From Candidatus Cloacimonadota bacterium (GTDB taxonomy: Bacteria > Cloacimonadota > Cloacimonadia > Cloacimonadales > TCS61), in NCBI GenBank assembly GCA_021734835.1, contig JAIPIH010000004.1, forward strand, positions 96,674-160,673: a DNA stretch of 64,000 nt, read 5' to 3'. Positions 49,177-58,264 of the stretch are shown one piece after another. The translations under genes were made by a program, and so were the position numbers. The first letter of the stretch is position 1; every line of letters starts with the position of its first letter. Under the pieces are notes generated by a model, which was not told the DNA's origin, did not search any database, and saw only the letters and a list, made by a program, of their open reading frames with translations.

Positions 49177-50160
49177 CTACTTTTTTGATTTTAAACTTTT
49201 GTACCAATCCGTAACAATTTTGAACTCAGGTATTGTTTTAGTTTTTTTTAAACTCAGATCTAAATAGCTGGCTTCAACATCATAATACCAATGTCTTGAT
49301 ATCAGTTGTAAGCGGGCTTTCCAAAGATCATTTTTAAAAAATTCAGCTATTTTCTCACCATACCGGAAATATTTTATATCTATTCTTTTCTTCACGGAAT
49401 AAGGTTTTCCTTTAAGCTCTTTATTGATAAAATCGGCAAGATCTTGGAGTTCTACCGGAATTCTATCAGCAATATTGTAACATACACCTGGCGAGAAATC
49501 TATTTCCATTAGTTTAATTATTGCCTGAATTATTAAATTAATATTCGCAATGTGGATTATAATATCCTGATCAGGCAAATAAAGTAATCCTTTATCTATT
49601 AATTTTGTCAGCGTATAAGGAAATCCATGATCACCAGGACCATAAGTGATCGAAGGCCTGATAATGGCAGCATTTAAACCATATAATACATATTTTTGAA
49701 TAATTGCTTCAGCTTTATTTTTTGTAAAATGATAGTAGTTGTCATCTTGTCGTTCAGTGAAATTATTCGCCGGTAATTCCAAAGGAATAGCTCCGAATAT
49801 ACCAACTGAAGAGCAGAAGATAAATTTCGAGTTATTTCTTTTTGCATTGATAGCTAGTTGTTCTGTTGCATTCGTGTTAGCATTATAATAATCGTTATTA
49901 CTGAATTTTCTTCCACCTCTGATCGCACCAAGATGGATGATAATTTTGAACGAATTAGTCTCAAGGTACTTTTTTAACAGAGAGATATCTGTAAGATCAA
50001 TTTCTTCAAGAGTAACTTTGTTTTCAAAATCCTTTATCCGTGCCGGATCAGTACCTGGTCGGATTATTGCAGTTACGCTGTCGTTATTCATAAGAAGCTG
50101 TTTCAGGACATTCCTTCCCATGAATCCACTAATTCCTGTGATCAATATTTTATTTGTCAT
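49177..50160 (-). CDS. NAD-dependent epimerase/dehydratase (extended SDR)
   Basis: ITGISGFMG, IHLGA, SS.G.FG, Y..TK..AE and RP..TYGPGD. Confidence 0.88.
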   Translation of the reverse strand: MTNKILITGISGFMGRNVLKQLLMNNDSVTAIIRPGTDPARIKDFENKVTLEEIDLTDISLLKKYLETNSFKIIIHLGAIRGGRKFSNNDYYNANTNATEQLAINAKRNNSKFIFCSSVGIFGAIPLELPANNFTERQDDNYYHFTKNKAEAIIQKYVLYGLNAAIIRPSITYGPGDHGFPYTLTKLIDKGLLYLPDQDIIIHIANINLIIQAIIKLMEIDFSPGVCYNIADRIPVELQDLADFINKELKGKPYSVKKRIDIKYFRYGEKIAEFFKNDLWKARLQLISRHWYYDVEASYLDLSLKKTKTIPEFKIVTDWYKSLKSKK

Positions 50161-50927
50161 AATTTTCTCAGAATCTTTTCAAAAATACTTTTCTTATCGG
50201 GTTTTTCTTCTTTTAAATAAAAAAAATCTACTTTTTGATCATCAAATATTTTCCCCGGATTGATCTCGGTAAGTAATCGAGCTGTATAATCATCAATTCT
50301 ATCTCTTATAGCGTTAACTGCCAGAGGTAACAGATACTTATCGATCTTACAATGATTATCAGAAGCTAAAAAATGAACGTAACCATTATCGATTAAATCC
50401 CACACAGTTTTAGTGATCTTACTCCCGTACAGACCGAGAACACTACCCGCATTGATCTGCAGATACACATTTCTATGAAGAAAATCTTCTGCTATCCTAA
50501 TATCATTAATTATATAATTATATCTCTCTGGATGTGCTATAATTGGTTTGAAACCTTTTTTAACCAATTTATAAAGTGTCTCAATGATATCTGGCGAAAA
50601 TTCACTCATATTTGTTTCGACCAAAATATATGATGAATTGCCGATACAATGATCCTGATCAATTTTATTTTCAATGCCCGGATTAAGAAAGATCTCTCCG
50701 CCTTTATGCAGATTTATATCTAGATCGGAAACAGCTGCGGATAATTCAGTAAATCGTTTTTGAATTATCATCTTGTCTGTATCAACGTAAATGTTTAAAT
50801 AATGTGGTGTTAATACAATATCAGTGACGTTCTGTTCGATCATATTTTTGATCTGTGCAATTGATGTTTCAATGCTATTTGAACCATCATCACATCTGTG
50901 AAGAATATGGGTGTGGATATCGATCAT
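50157..50927 (-). CDS. CpsB/CapC-type PHP-domain phosphatase
   Basis: MIDIHTHIL..DDG, TPH, PIIAHPERY, Q.NAGS and ASD.H. Confidence 0.9.
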   Translation of the reverse strand: MIDIHTHILHRCDDGSNSIETSIAQIKNMIEQNVTDIVLTPHYLNIYVDTDKMIIQKRFTELSAAVSDLDINLHKGGEIFLNPGIENKIDQDHCIGNSSYILVETNMSEFSPDIIETLYKLVKKGFKPIIAHPERYNYIINDIRIAEDFLHRNVYLQINAGSVLGLYGSKITKTVWDLIDNGYVHFLASDNHCKIDKYLLPLAVNAIRDRIDDYTARLLTEINPGKIFDDQKVDFFYLKEEKPDKKSIFEKILRKL

Positions 50928-51682
50928 TATCTTTTTACGCTATGTATTGCTTTAGCAAATTCTCTAATTAATTTCGGATCAGGATCTGTTTCCAGGACAT
51001 TTCCGGTAACAATAAAATCTGCACCAGCTATCGCTTTTTGTCTAGCAACTTCGGGGGTTTTTATTCCCCCTCCCAGGATCAAAGGAAGTTCAACATTCTT
51101 TTTAACTGCATTTACCATCGCATCAGTAGCAGGATATTTTGCTCCGCTGCCAGCATCCATATAGATCAGCTTCAAACCGAGATACTTAGCTGCCAGAGCA
51201 TGTGCTACCGCAAGATCATTTTTTTCCCGGGGCAGTGGTAAACTTCCACTCATAAATTGTACAGATGTGCTGTTGCCCGATTCTATTATCATGTATGCAG
51301 TTCCAATCGCCTCTAAATTATAATATTTGATCAAGGGCGCAGCTCTTACCTGCTCACCAATCAGCATTTGTGGATTACGACTGGTAATTACGCTTAGAAA
51401 AAGTATAGCATCAGCATGAGATGAGGAAAAATCAAAAATTCCGGGAAAAATGAGCACCGGGATATTCACACTTTCCTTAATGATCTTCAAATTTGACTGG
51501 AATTTATTGTTAACCATTATACTACCGCCAACCAGTAAGGCATCAGCACCGTTTTCTTCACATGATTTTGCCATGTATTTTGCGTTTTCTCCCTGTAATT
51601 CATCGGGATCGAGAAGGCAAACGTAACTTGCCTGTTTACGTGATAATTGTAACAATTTATCGTAAATTTTCATTTTAATCAA
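50927..51682 (-). CDS. Geranylgeranylglyceryl phosphate (GGGP) synthase, group II-like
   Basis: LLDPD, VGGS, IFPG, ADAILFLS..TSRNP..LIG.Q, Y...ESG, IYMDAGSGA, GGGI and GAD.IVTGN. Confidence 0.9.
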   Translation of the reverse strand: MIKMKIYDKLLQLSRKQASYVCLLDPDELQGENAKYMAKSCEENGADALLVGGSIMVNNKFQSNLKIIKESVNIPVLIFPGIFDFSSSHADAILFLSVITSRNPQMLIGEQVRAAPLIKYYNLEAIGTAYMIIESGNSTSVQFMSGSLPLPREKNDLAVAHALAAKYLGLKLIYMDAGSGAKYPATDAMVNAVKKNVELPLILGGGIKTPEVARQKAIAGADFIVTGNVLETDPDPKLIREFAKAIHSVKR

Positions 51683-52496
51683 CCCATAATATTATTAGTA
51701 AAATTAACATATCAATTTTAATCAACATAGAAGCCCTAGTAAATCTTGCTTTTATGCTTTTATCATATAAATAGTAGATTAGAAAAATTAAAGGTAAGGC
51801 GACTCCTGCTATAAAAGCGGATAATGTAACCATGCTGATTGAATCATAATAAAACAAGTAAAGAGTATAAATGATAATTAATAAAACAGGCAAGATAGCA
51901 ACAATGGCGATCTTTTTCCTGCCGATTCTGACAGCAAGAGTTTTTGCCTTTTGTTTTAAATCTCCCCTGATATCTTCTCCATCCTTCACGATCTCGCGCA
52001 AGAAAGTTCCCAAAAAAGCAAATACAAAAATGATCATTGAATTTTTGAGATTATTATTACTCAATCCGCCGTATAAAAATATACTCGCTGTCGAAAGGGA
52101 GACAATAAGATTTCCAAGCAGTAAACTGACTTTAAAATACCTAGCATAACTAAATAAGAGAATGCTATTGAGAATTGCGATTAATACACAATATAAATTC
52201 TGAGTAAAATAACTAGCTGTTATTCCCAGAATAAAAAGCATTACAGCATAAATATAAGCAGCTTGAGGAGTAATTTTTCTGGAAGGTAGTATACGCTCGG
52301 GTCGATTAACGATATCGATTGGAATATCAAAGAAATCATTGATGACATAGCCGGCAGCAGCTATCAGAAATGCTGAACAAGCAGCAAAAAATACCGGAAG
52401 AAAATTATTTACTTCTGTAAGATAATAAGCACCAAAAAAAACTGAAAGAAAAACAAATATACAGTTAAAAGGACGTATTATCTTAATGAAAGCCAT
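51675..52496 (-). CDS. Digeranylgeranylglyceryl phosphate (DGGGP) synthase-like UbiA prenyltransferase
   Basis: IIRPFNC, GY.INDFFD..ID..NRP.R.LPS, Y...K...L.GN and REIVKDGED..GD...TL; adjacent to GGGP synthase. Confidence 0.85.
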   Translation of the reverse strand: MAFIKIIRPFNCIFVFLSVFFGAYYLTEVNNFLPVFFAACSAFLIAAAGYVINDFFDIPIDIVNRPERILPSRKITPQAAYIYAVMLFILGITASYFTQNLYCVLIAILNSILLFSYARYFKVSLLLGNLIVSLSTASIFLYGGLSNNNLKNSMIIFVFAFLGTFLREIVKDGEDIRGDLKQKAKTLAVRIGRKKIAIVAILPVLLIIIYTLYLFYYDSISMVTLSAFIAGVALPLIFLIYYLYDKSIKARFTRASMLIKIDMLILLIILWVD

Positions 52497-52505
52497 TATT
52501 ATCTT

Positions 52506-53393
52506 TTATGGTAACCTTTCTTTTACTAGATTTACGAACTCTAGTAAGATATCATTTGCTTTCATATTTTTTATCAGATTATAACAATCTCTTAATAATT
52601 TTTCCGCTTTCATTTTGGATTTTTCCAGACCGATAAGCGAAGGGTAGGTTGCTTTATGACTTTTTGAATCTCCGCCTGGGTTTTTCCCTAGAACTTCAAA
52701 GCTCCCGACCTCATCAAGAATATCATCTACGATCTGATACGCCAAACCGAGATTTAGGGCAAAGTTTCCCAGAGTTATGGAAAGATTCTCTTCCACACCT
52801 TCAATTACACAAGCTAATTCAACAGAAGCTTGCAGTAAAGCTCCGGTTTTTTTAAGATGAACATAACGAAGAGTATTAATATTTACCTTTTTCTTTGCTG
52901 ATAAGATATCAACTGCCTGTCCACCGATCATTCCTCTAGTAGAAACAGATTTAGTAAGGACATGAACACAATTGATAGCAGTCTGTTTATTGCTTATTTC
53001 CGTCAATAGTTCAATAGCTTTTGTAATCAAGGCATCACCGGTTAAAATAGCTGTTGCTTCACTAAATTTTACATGACAGCTTGGTTTTCCCCTTCGTTCT
53101 GAAGAATTATCCACACTTGGAAGATCGTCATGGATCAAAGAAGCGGTATGCACAAATTCCAAAGCACAAGCAACCGGCAATAGTCTTTTCAGTCGATTTA
53201 TATTTTTTCTTCTGATCAGCATCTCATAAGTAGCAAAAAACAGCATAGGTCTCATGCGTTTCCCACCGCTAAATACACTGTATCTCATTGCTTCGTGAAG
53301 CTCTTGCGGATATTCATCTGCTGGTGATAAATATTTATCCAGTGCTTTTTCTAAAATCCTTGTTCTTGTTTTAAAATATTCCTGTACTAACAA
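52506..53393 (-). CDS. Polyprenyl diphosphate synthase (probably GGPP synthase)
   Basis: GGKR.RP, FARM ASLIHDDLPSVD, RRGKP, GQAVD, KTGAL, SARM QIVDDILD, KATYP. Confidence 0.9.
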   Translation of the reverse strand: MLVQEYFKTRTRILEKALDKYLSPADEYPQELHEAMRYSVFSGGKRMRPMLFFATYEMLIRRKNINRLKRLLPVACALEFVHTASLIHDDLPSVDNSSERRGKPSCHVKFSEATAILTGDALITKAIELLTEISNKQTAINCVHVLTKSVSTRGMIGGQAVDILSAKKKVNINTLRYVHLKKTGALLQASVELACVIEGVEENLSITLGNFALNLGLAYQIVDDILDEVGSFEVLGKNPGGDSKSHKATYPSLIGLEKSKMKAEKLLRDCYNLIKNMKANDILLEFVNLVKERLP

Positions 53394-53412
53394 TTACTTT
53401 TCCCTCTTTATT

Positions 53413-54444
53413 TTACTTTAACGGAAGGGCAACTTTCTTGCCGAGTTTAGCTGATCTGTACAAAGCCAATATCAGCTCAAGAGATTTTCTGCCGCTTCTT
53501 CCATCGGTATTTGCCGTATCTTCCCCGCGTATCACATCCACAACATTCTGTAAGTAACCCTGATGTCCAAAACCATATATACTTTTCGGATCTGTTTTTG
53601 CAGTTTCAATGAGTTTATCATCGTCGTCATAATCTTTAAAATCCCAATGTTCAATTTGATTTACTGCTATTCCGCCGATCTTGACGGTACCATTCTCGCC
53701 CATAATGGTAATTGATCCTTCTAAATTTTTTGGGAAAGTGTTCATTGTAACTTCAACCGTACCTAAAGCACCGCTTCTAAAACGTATGATACCTGTACCC
53801 ATATCTTCAGTTTCTATGCTGTGGTTCAAGGTTGCTGTGAAAGCCATCACTGCATCCACTGGTCCCATCATCCATTGGATCAGATCAAAATAATGAGAAG
53901 CCTGATTCATAAAAGCTCCTCCATCAAATTCCCAGGTACCTCTCCATTTAGCAAGATCATAGTAACTTTGAGGTCGTGCCCAGCGCACTGTTGCGTTAGC
54001 ACTGAACAACCTTCCGAATCGGCCTTTATCTATTGCTTTTTTTAGCAGCTGGATTGACGGATTTAAACGGTTTTGTTTGACTACAAATAATTTAACCTGA
54101 TTCTCATCACAGGCTTTAACAAGGGCGTCTGCTGAATTTAGATCGATAGCCATAGGTTTTTCTGTGATCACATGGAGCTTACTTTTGGCAGCTTCAATTC
54201 CCATTTGTGGATGCATCCCGCTGGGAGTGCAAATAATAACAGCGTCAATTTTTTCAGAATTCAACATTTTCTTATAGTCTGTATAGTGCGATTTAATGTT
54301 ATATTTTTTTGCTGAGTCGATCGCACGTTGCGGAATTGTATCTGCACAAGCAATAACTTTTGCGCCTTCGATTTGTTCAATTGCTTCAAAATGTTTAGCT
54401 GAAATCCTACCACACCCGATCAGTGCAAAATTTACATTTATCAT
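53413..54444 (-). CDS. Gfo/Idh/MocA oxidoreductase (WbpB/WlbA-like UDP-sugar 3-dehydrogenase)
   Basis: IGCGRIS, TPSG.H, EKP, VKQNR.N, W.RPQ.YY...WRGTWEFDGGAFMNQASHY, YGFGH. Confidence 0.85.
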   Translation of the reverse strand: MINVNFALIGCGRISAKHFEAIEQIEGAKVIACADTIPQRAIDSAKKYNIKSHYTDYKKMLNSEKIDAVIICTPSGMHPQMGIEAAKSKLHVITEKPMAIDLNSADALVKACDENQVKLFVVKQNRLNPSIQLLKKAIDKGRFGRLFSANATVRWARPQSYYDLAKWRGTWEFDGGAFMNQASHYFDLIQWMMGPVDAVMAFTATLNHSIETEDMGTGIIRFRSGALGTVEVTMNTFPKNLEGSITIMGENGTVKIGGIAVNQIEHWDFKDYDDDDKLIETAKTDPKSIYGFGHQGYLQNVVDVIRGEDTANTDGRSGRKSLELILALYRSAKLGKKVALPLK

Positions 54445-54737
54445 ATATTCAAACCCCTATTAAAACATATATCATAAGTTTATCCAAATAAATAATATGT
54501 TTTTAACTGTCAATGAATAATTGCTTGATGCGAGTTGATTATTGCAGGCATAAATTGTAATTTTGCTTACTATTTTTCAACCTGAAAATTTCAAAAAAAT
54601 GATTGAATTCAGCAAGTTAAAAAAGTTCATTATGCTAAAATACCATAATACAAAAAGTTACCGAAAAAGTTCTTGACAGATAAAAGCCTATCTTAAACAA
54701 AGAGATTCGATGATAAATTAATAAGGAGTAATGAATT

Positions 54738-55031
54738 ATGACAAAATCAGATTTAGTAAGGGTTATTTCAGCAGAAACTGGAATTATTCGTAAAGATGTT
54801 GCGCTCGCTGTAGATGCGTTTTTAGATTCAGTTAAGGATTCCCTGAAAGAAGGAAAACACATTGAGATCAGAGGATTTGGGACATATAAGCTTAAACAAC
54901 GTAAATCACGAATCGGTCGTAATCCCAAAACAGATGAGAAAGTAAAAGTTCCGGCACGCATTGTTCCGACTTTCAAATTTTCAAGAGCCTTTAAAGATGA
55001 GGTTAATGACGCAAATCAAGATAAACTTTAA
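54738..55031 (+). CDS. HU/IHF family DNA-binding protein
   Basis: MTKSDLV, IEIRGFGT, R.GRNPKT and P.FK. Confidence 0.93.
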   Translation: MTKSDLVRVISAETGIIRKDVALAVDAFLDSVKDSLKEGKHIEIRGFGTYKLKQRKSRIGRNPKTDEKVKVPARIVPTFKFSRAFKDEVNDANQDKL

Positions 55032-55048
55032 GTAAATTTGGAGGATAA

Positions 55049-55144
55049 ATGCCCTGCGGAAAGAAAAGAAAACGTTATAAAATTGCAAATCACAAAAGAA
55101 AGAAGAGACTTCGCAAGAATAGACATAAGAAAAAAGGTAAATAA
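55049..55144 (+). CDS. 30S ribosomal protein bS22 (AURKAIP1/COX24-like, 31 aa)
   Basis: Not in the ORF track. GGAGG RBS; MPCGKKRKRYKIANHKRKKRLRKNRHKKKGK matches the MPxGKKRKR...HKRKKR...NRHK pattern. Confidence 0.88.
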   Translation: MPCGKKRKRYKIANHKRKKRLRKNRHKKKGK

Positions 55145-55170
55145 TTAATTTTTGCAGGTTTAAATAAATT

Positions 55171-55202
55171 AACCGGGTTTACTAATTAAGCCCGGTTTTT
55201 TT
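55171..55202 (+). terminator. Intrinsic terminator after HU-bS22
   Basis: AACCGGGTTTA-CTAAT-TAAGCCCGGTT followed by a T-run. Confidence 0.8.
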
Positions 55203-55614
55203 ATAGATCATTTTCAGTTATTATTACTAATCCCTTTTGGGATAATAACTTTGCGGTAATACCGATTCCCGCAACGATTCGCCCTGTATGTGAACCATCA
55301 TAAATTTTACCAAATCCGCAAGAGGGTGATCTTTGTTTCAGTATTGCTTTATGGCAACCAAATAACTCTGCGATTCGTAAAGTTTCTTTTGCTCCTTTTT
55401 TAAATTGATTAGTTACATTCTCACCTTTCTTGTTGAAGACCTTATCGTTAATTATTTCTGAAGGTATTCTTGGTGTAGGTAAACCACCTAATTGCTCCGG
55501 GCAAATCGGAATAGCAAGTCCTTTTTTTACTAATTCTATAACTTTACTGTTTTCGTTGCTTTTACCATCATAACGGCATTTCAATCCTGCTAAACACGCA
55601 CTTACAAGTATCAT
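55201..55614 (-). CDS. DUF523 family protein (TudS thiouracil desulfidase-like)
   Basis: LVSACL.G..CRYDG, CPEQLGGL.TPR and KQRSPSCG. Confidence 0.88.
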   Translation of the reverse strand: MILVSACLAGLKCRYDGKSNENSKVIELVKKGLAIPICPEQLGGLPTPRIPSEIINDKVFNKKGENVTNQFKKGAKETLRIAELFGCHKAILKQRSPSCGFGKIYDGSHTGRIVAGIGITAKLLSQKGLVIITENDL

Positions 55615-55626
55615 AAATACTCCCGG

Positions 55627-58254
55627 TTATAACTTTTCTTTCAGCTCAGATAATTTATTTATTGCTTCGATAGGTGTTAGAGAATCGATATCCAGTTCTT
55701 TAATTGCTTCTAAAATTTCATTTTTCTCTTCAGATTTTTCTACTATTGCTTCAAAGATATCCAATTGATTTGAGTAATTATTGGTTAATTGTTTTTTTGC
55801 AGTAGAAGAAAGACCCTGAGGACTTATTTCATGTTCTTCCAGATTTTTCAAGATCTGTTTAGCTCTAGAAATTACCTTCTTGGGAACTCCAGCCAATCTT
55901 GCAACTTGTATCCCGTAGCTTTGATCAGCAGAACCTCTTTCAATTTTTCTCAGAAAAATGATCTCATCATTCCACTCTTTCACTACTATATTGAAGTTTT
56001 TTACTCTGGGCAGGATATTTTCTAATTCAGTTAGTTCATGATAATGAGTCGCAAATAGAGTTTTACCACAAATTTTAGGATTATTATGGATAAATTCCAC
56101 AATTGACCAGGCAAGGCTTAATCCATCAAAGGTACTTGTTCCTCGTCCTATTTCATCTAATAAGGTCAGTGATTTTGGTGTTGCCGAATTTAATATATTA
56201 GCAACTTCTATCATTTCAACCAGGAAAGTACTTTGACCCATTGCTAGGTTATCAGAAGCACCTACTCGGGTAAAGACCTTATCAAATATAGGTAAACTAG
56301 CACTTTTTGCTGGAATATGACAGCCCATTTGTGCCATTATAGCCAGCAGCGCAACTTGCCTGAGATATGTGGATTTTCCGGCCATGTTAGGTCCTGTTAT
56401 TAATGAGATCTGATTATCCTTGTCATTAAGTTTAATATTATTAGGAATAAAGTCCTTATCGGATAGCAGCTTTTCAATAACAGGATGTCGGCTATCCACT
56501 ATATTGACAATTCCCTCATCGTTAAATTCCGGCATAATATAATTATTTTTATAAGCAAGTTGAGCCAAGTTTGCTAGAACGTCAATATCTGCAATAACTT
56601 CAGCATATTGTTGTATAGATTCGATTTTATTGTAGAGTATTTCTCTGATCTCAGTAAATAATTCGTATTCCAGGTTTTTGATCCTTTCTTCGGCACCGAG
56701 CACTTTAGATTCATAATCTTTTAACTGTGGGCTGATAAATCTTTCTGAATTTACCAGTGTTTGTTTTCTGATGTAGTGTTCAGGAATTTGATCTTTGTAT
56801 TTCTTCGTAACTTCGATATAGTACCCAAAAACTTTATTATAATTTACCTTCAGGGACGAGATCCCTGTTGCATTTCTCTCTTCCGCTTCTAGTTTAGCGA
56901 TCCAGCTTTTACCATTATTACTAACTTCTTTTAACTCATCCAGGTTATTATTATATCCCTCTTTAATAATATTTCCTGCAGTTATTAAGAGGGGCGGTTC
57001 TTCCTGCAGTGATTCATTGATCAAATTGATTATATCGGTATAATCAAGAATTTTACTGTTTAATGATTTGATATAATCATTTTCAATTCCCTTCAGCATT
57101 GTAGAGAGTAAACTTGCAGTTTCGAGATAATCTTTTAAAGCTGCGACATCTCTGGGATTAACGCGCTTTGTTCCAATCTTTCCTAAAATTCTACTAAGAT
57201 CACCAATTACTTTTAACAATGTACGTATATCTTCCGTCACGGAATAGTTATTCTTCAAAGCTTGAACAGCGTTCAAACGCTGTTCTATATGCATTTTAAT
57301 TATAAGGGGATTTAACATCCATTCGCGAAGTTTACGAGCTCCCATAGGAGTTTTGGTTTCATCTAAAATTGAGATCAGACTGCCAAAAGAACTATTATAT
57401 CTGATAGATTTGATCAATTCCAGATTTCTACGCGATATCTCGTCTAATTGCATAAAATGTTTTGTTGTATAAAATTCAATTTTACCGATATGTTTAAGTT
57501 CATTATTTTTTAATGATTTCAAATAGGATAGAACAGCACCTGCAGCTGTAGTTGCAAACAATTTGTTCTGTAGTCCAAAACCATCTAAAGATGCAGTTCC
57601 AAAATGCTTCAGTAAGGCTTGCTCTGCTTCTTTTGAATCAAAATACCAACTATCAAAAATTGTAACTGTCGGGTTATATTCAATTTTTAGTGAGGAGATC
57701 AAAGTTTCACTTTCTTCATTCTGCACTACTAATTCAGCAGGTTTTAATCTTAATATCTCATTTTTAAGCTCTTCTTGGTTTAATTCTGTACAATTAAAAT
57801 CTCCGGTAGATGCATCGATTATTGCAAAACCGAATAATGTTGATTTTTTCCCTTTATAAACGCAACCCAGATAAGTATGATCAACAGAATCTATATATCT
57901 GTCATCAATGATAGATCCCGGAGTAACTATATCAGTGATTCCTCTTTTTACCAAACCTTTGGCTTTTTTTGGATCTTCAATTTGATCGCAAATTACAACT
58001 TTAATGCCATTTTTTACCAACTTATCAAGATAATTTTCTAACGCATGATATGGGAAACCCGCCAATGGGATGGGGTTATCGACTTTTTTGTTTCTGGCTG
58101 TAAGTGTAATGCCTAATATTTTGGAAGCAGTTTTGGCATCTTCGAAAAAAGTTTCATAAAAGTCACCCATTCTAAATAAAACTAATTTATCCTGATGTTT
58201 CTCTTTGATAGCAATAAATTGCTTAAGCATGGGAGTTAAGTTTTCTGTTTTCAT
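55627..58254 (-). CDS. mutS: DNA mismatch repair protein MutS
   Basis: TPM..Q, FRMGDFYE.F, ITGPNMAGKSTY, STF.VEM, DEIGRGTST, FATHYHEL and SYGI.VA.LAG.P. Confidence 0.98.
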   Translation of the reverse strand: MKTENLTPMLKQFIAIKEKHQDKLVLFRMGDFYETFFEDAKTASKILGITLTARNKKVDNPIPLAGFPYHALENYLDKLVKNGIKVVICDQIEDPKKAKGLVKRGITDIVTPGSIIDDRYIDSVDHTYLGCVYKGKKSTLFGFAIIDASTGDFNCTELNQEELKNEILRLKPAELVVQNEESETLISSLKIEYNPTVTIFDSWYFDSKEAEQALLKHFGTASLDGFGLQNKLFATTAAGAVLSYLKSLKNNELKHIGKIEFYTTKHFMQLDEISRRNLELIKSIRYNSSFGSLISILDETKTPMGARKLREWMLNPLIIKMHIEQRLNAVQALKNNYSVTEDIRTLLKVIGDLSRILGKIGTKRVNPRDVAALKDYLETASLLSTMLKGIENDYIKSLNSKILDYTDIINLINESLQEEPPLLITAGNIIKEGYNNNLDELKEVSNNGKSWIAKLEAEERNATGISSLKVNYNKVFGYYIEVTKKYKDQIPEHYIRKQTLVNSERFISPQLKDYESKVLGAEERIKNLEYELFTEIREILYNKIESIQQYAEVIADIDVLANLAQLAYKNNYIMPEFNDEGIVNIVDSRHPVIEKLLSDKDFIPNNIKLNDKDNQISLITGPNMAGKSTYLRQVALLAIMAQMGCHIPAKSASLPIFDKVFTRVGASDNLAMGQSTFLVEMIEVANILNSATPKSLTLLDEIGRGTSTFDGLSLAWSIVEFIHNNPKICGKTLFATHYHELTELENILPRVKNFNIVVKEWNDEIIFLRKIERGSADQSYGIQVARLAGVPKKVISRAKQILKNLEEHEISPQGLSSTAKKQLTNNYSNQLDIFEAIVEKSEEKNEILEAIKELDIDSLTPIEAINKLSELKEKL

Positions 58255-58264
58255 AGTAAAATAT

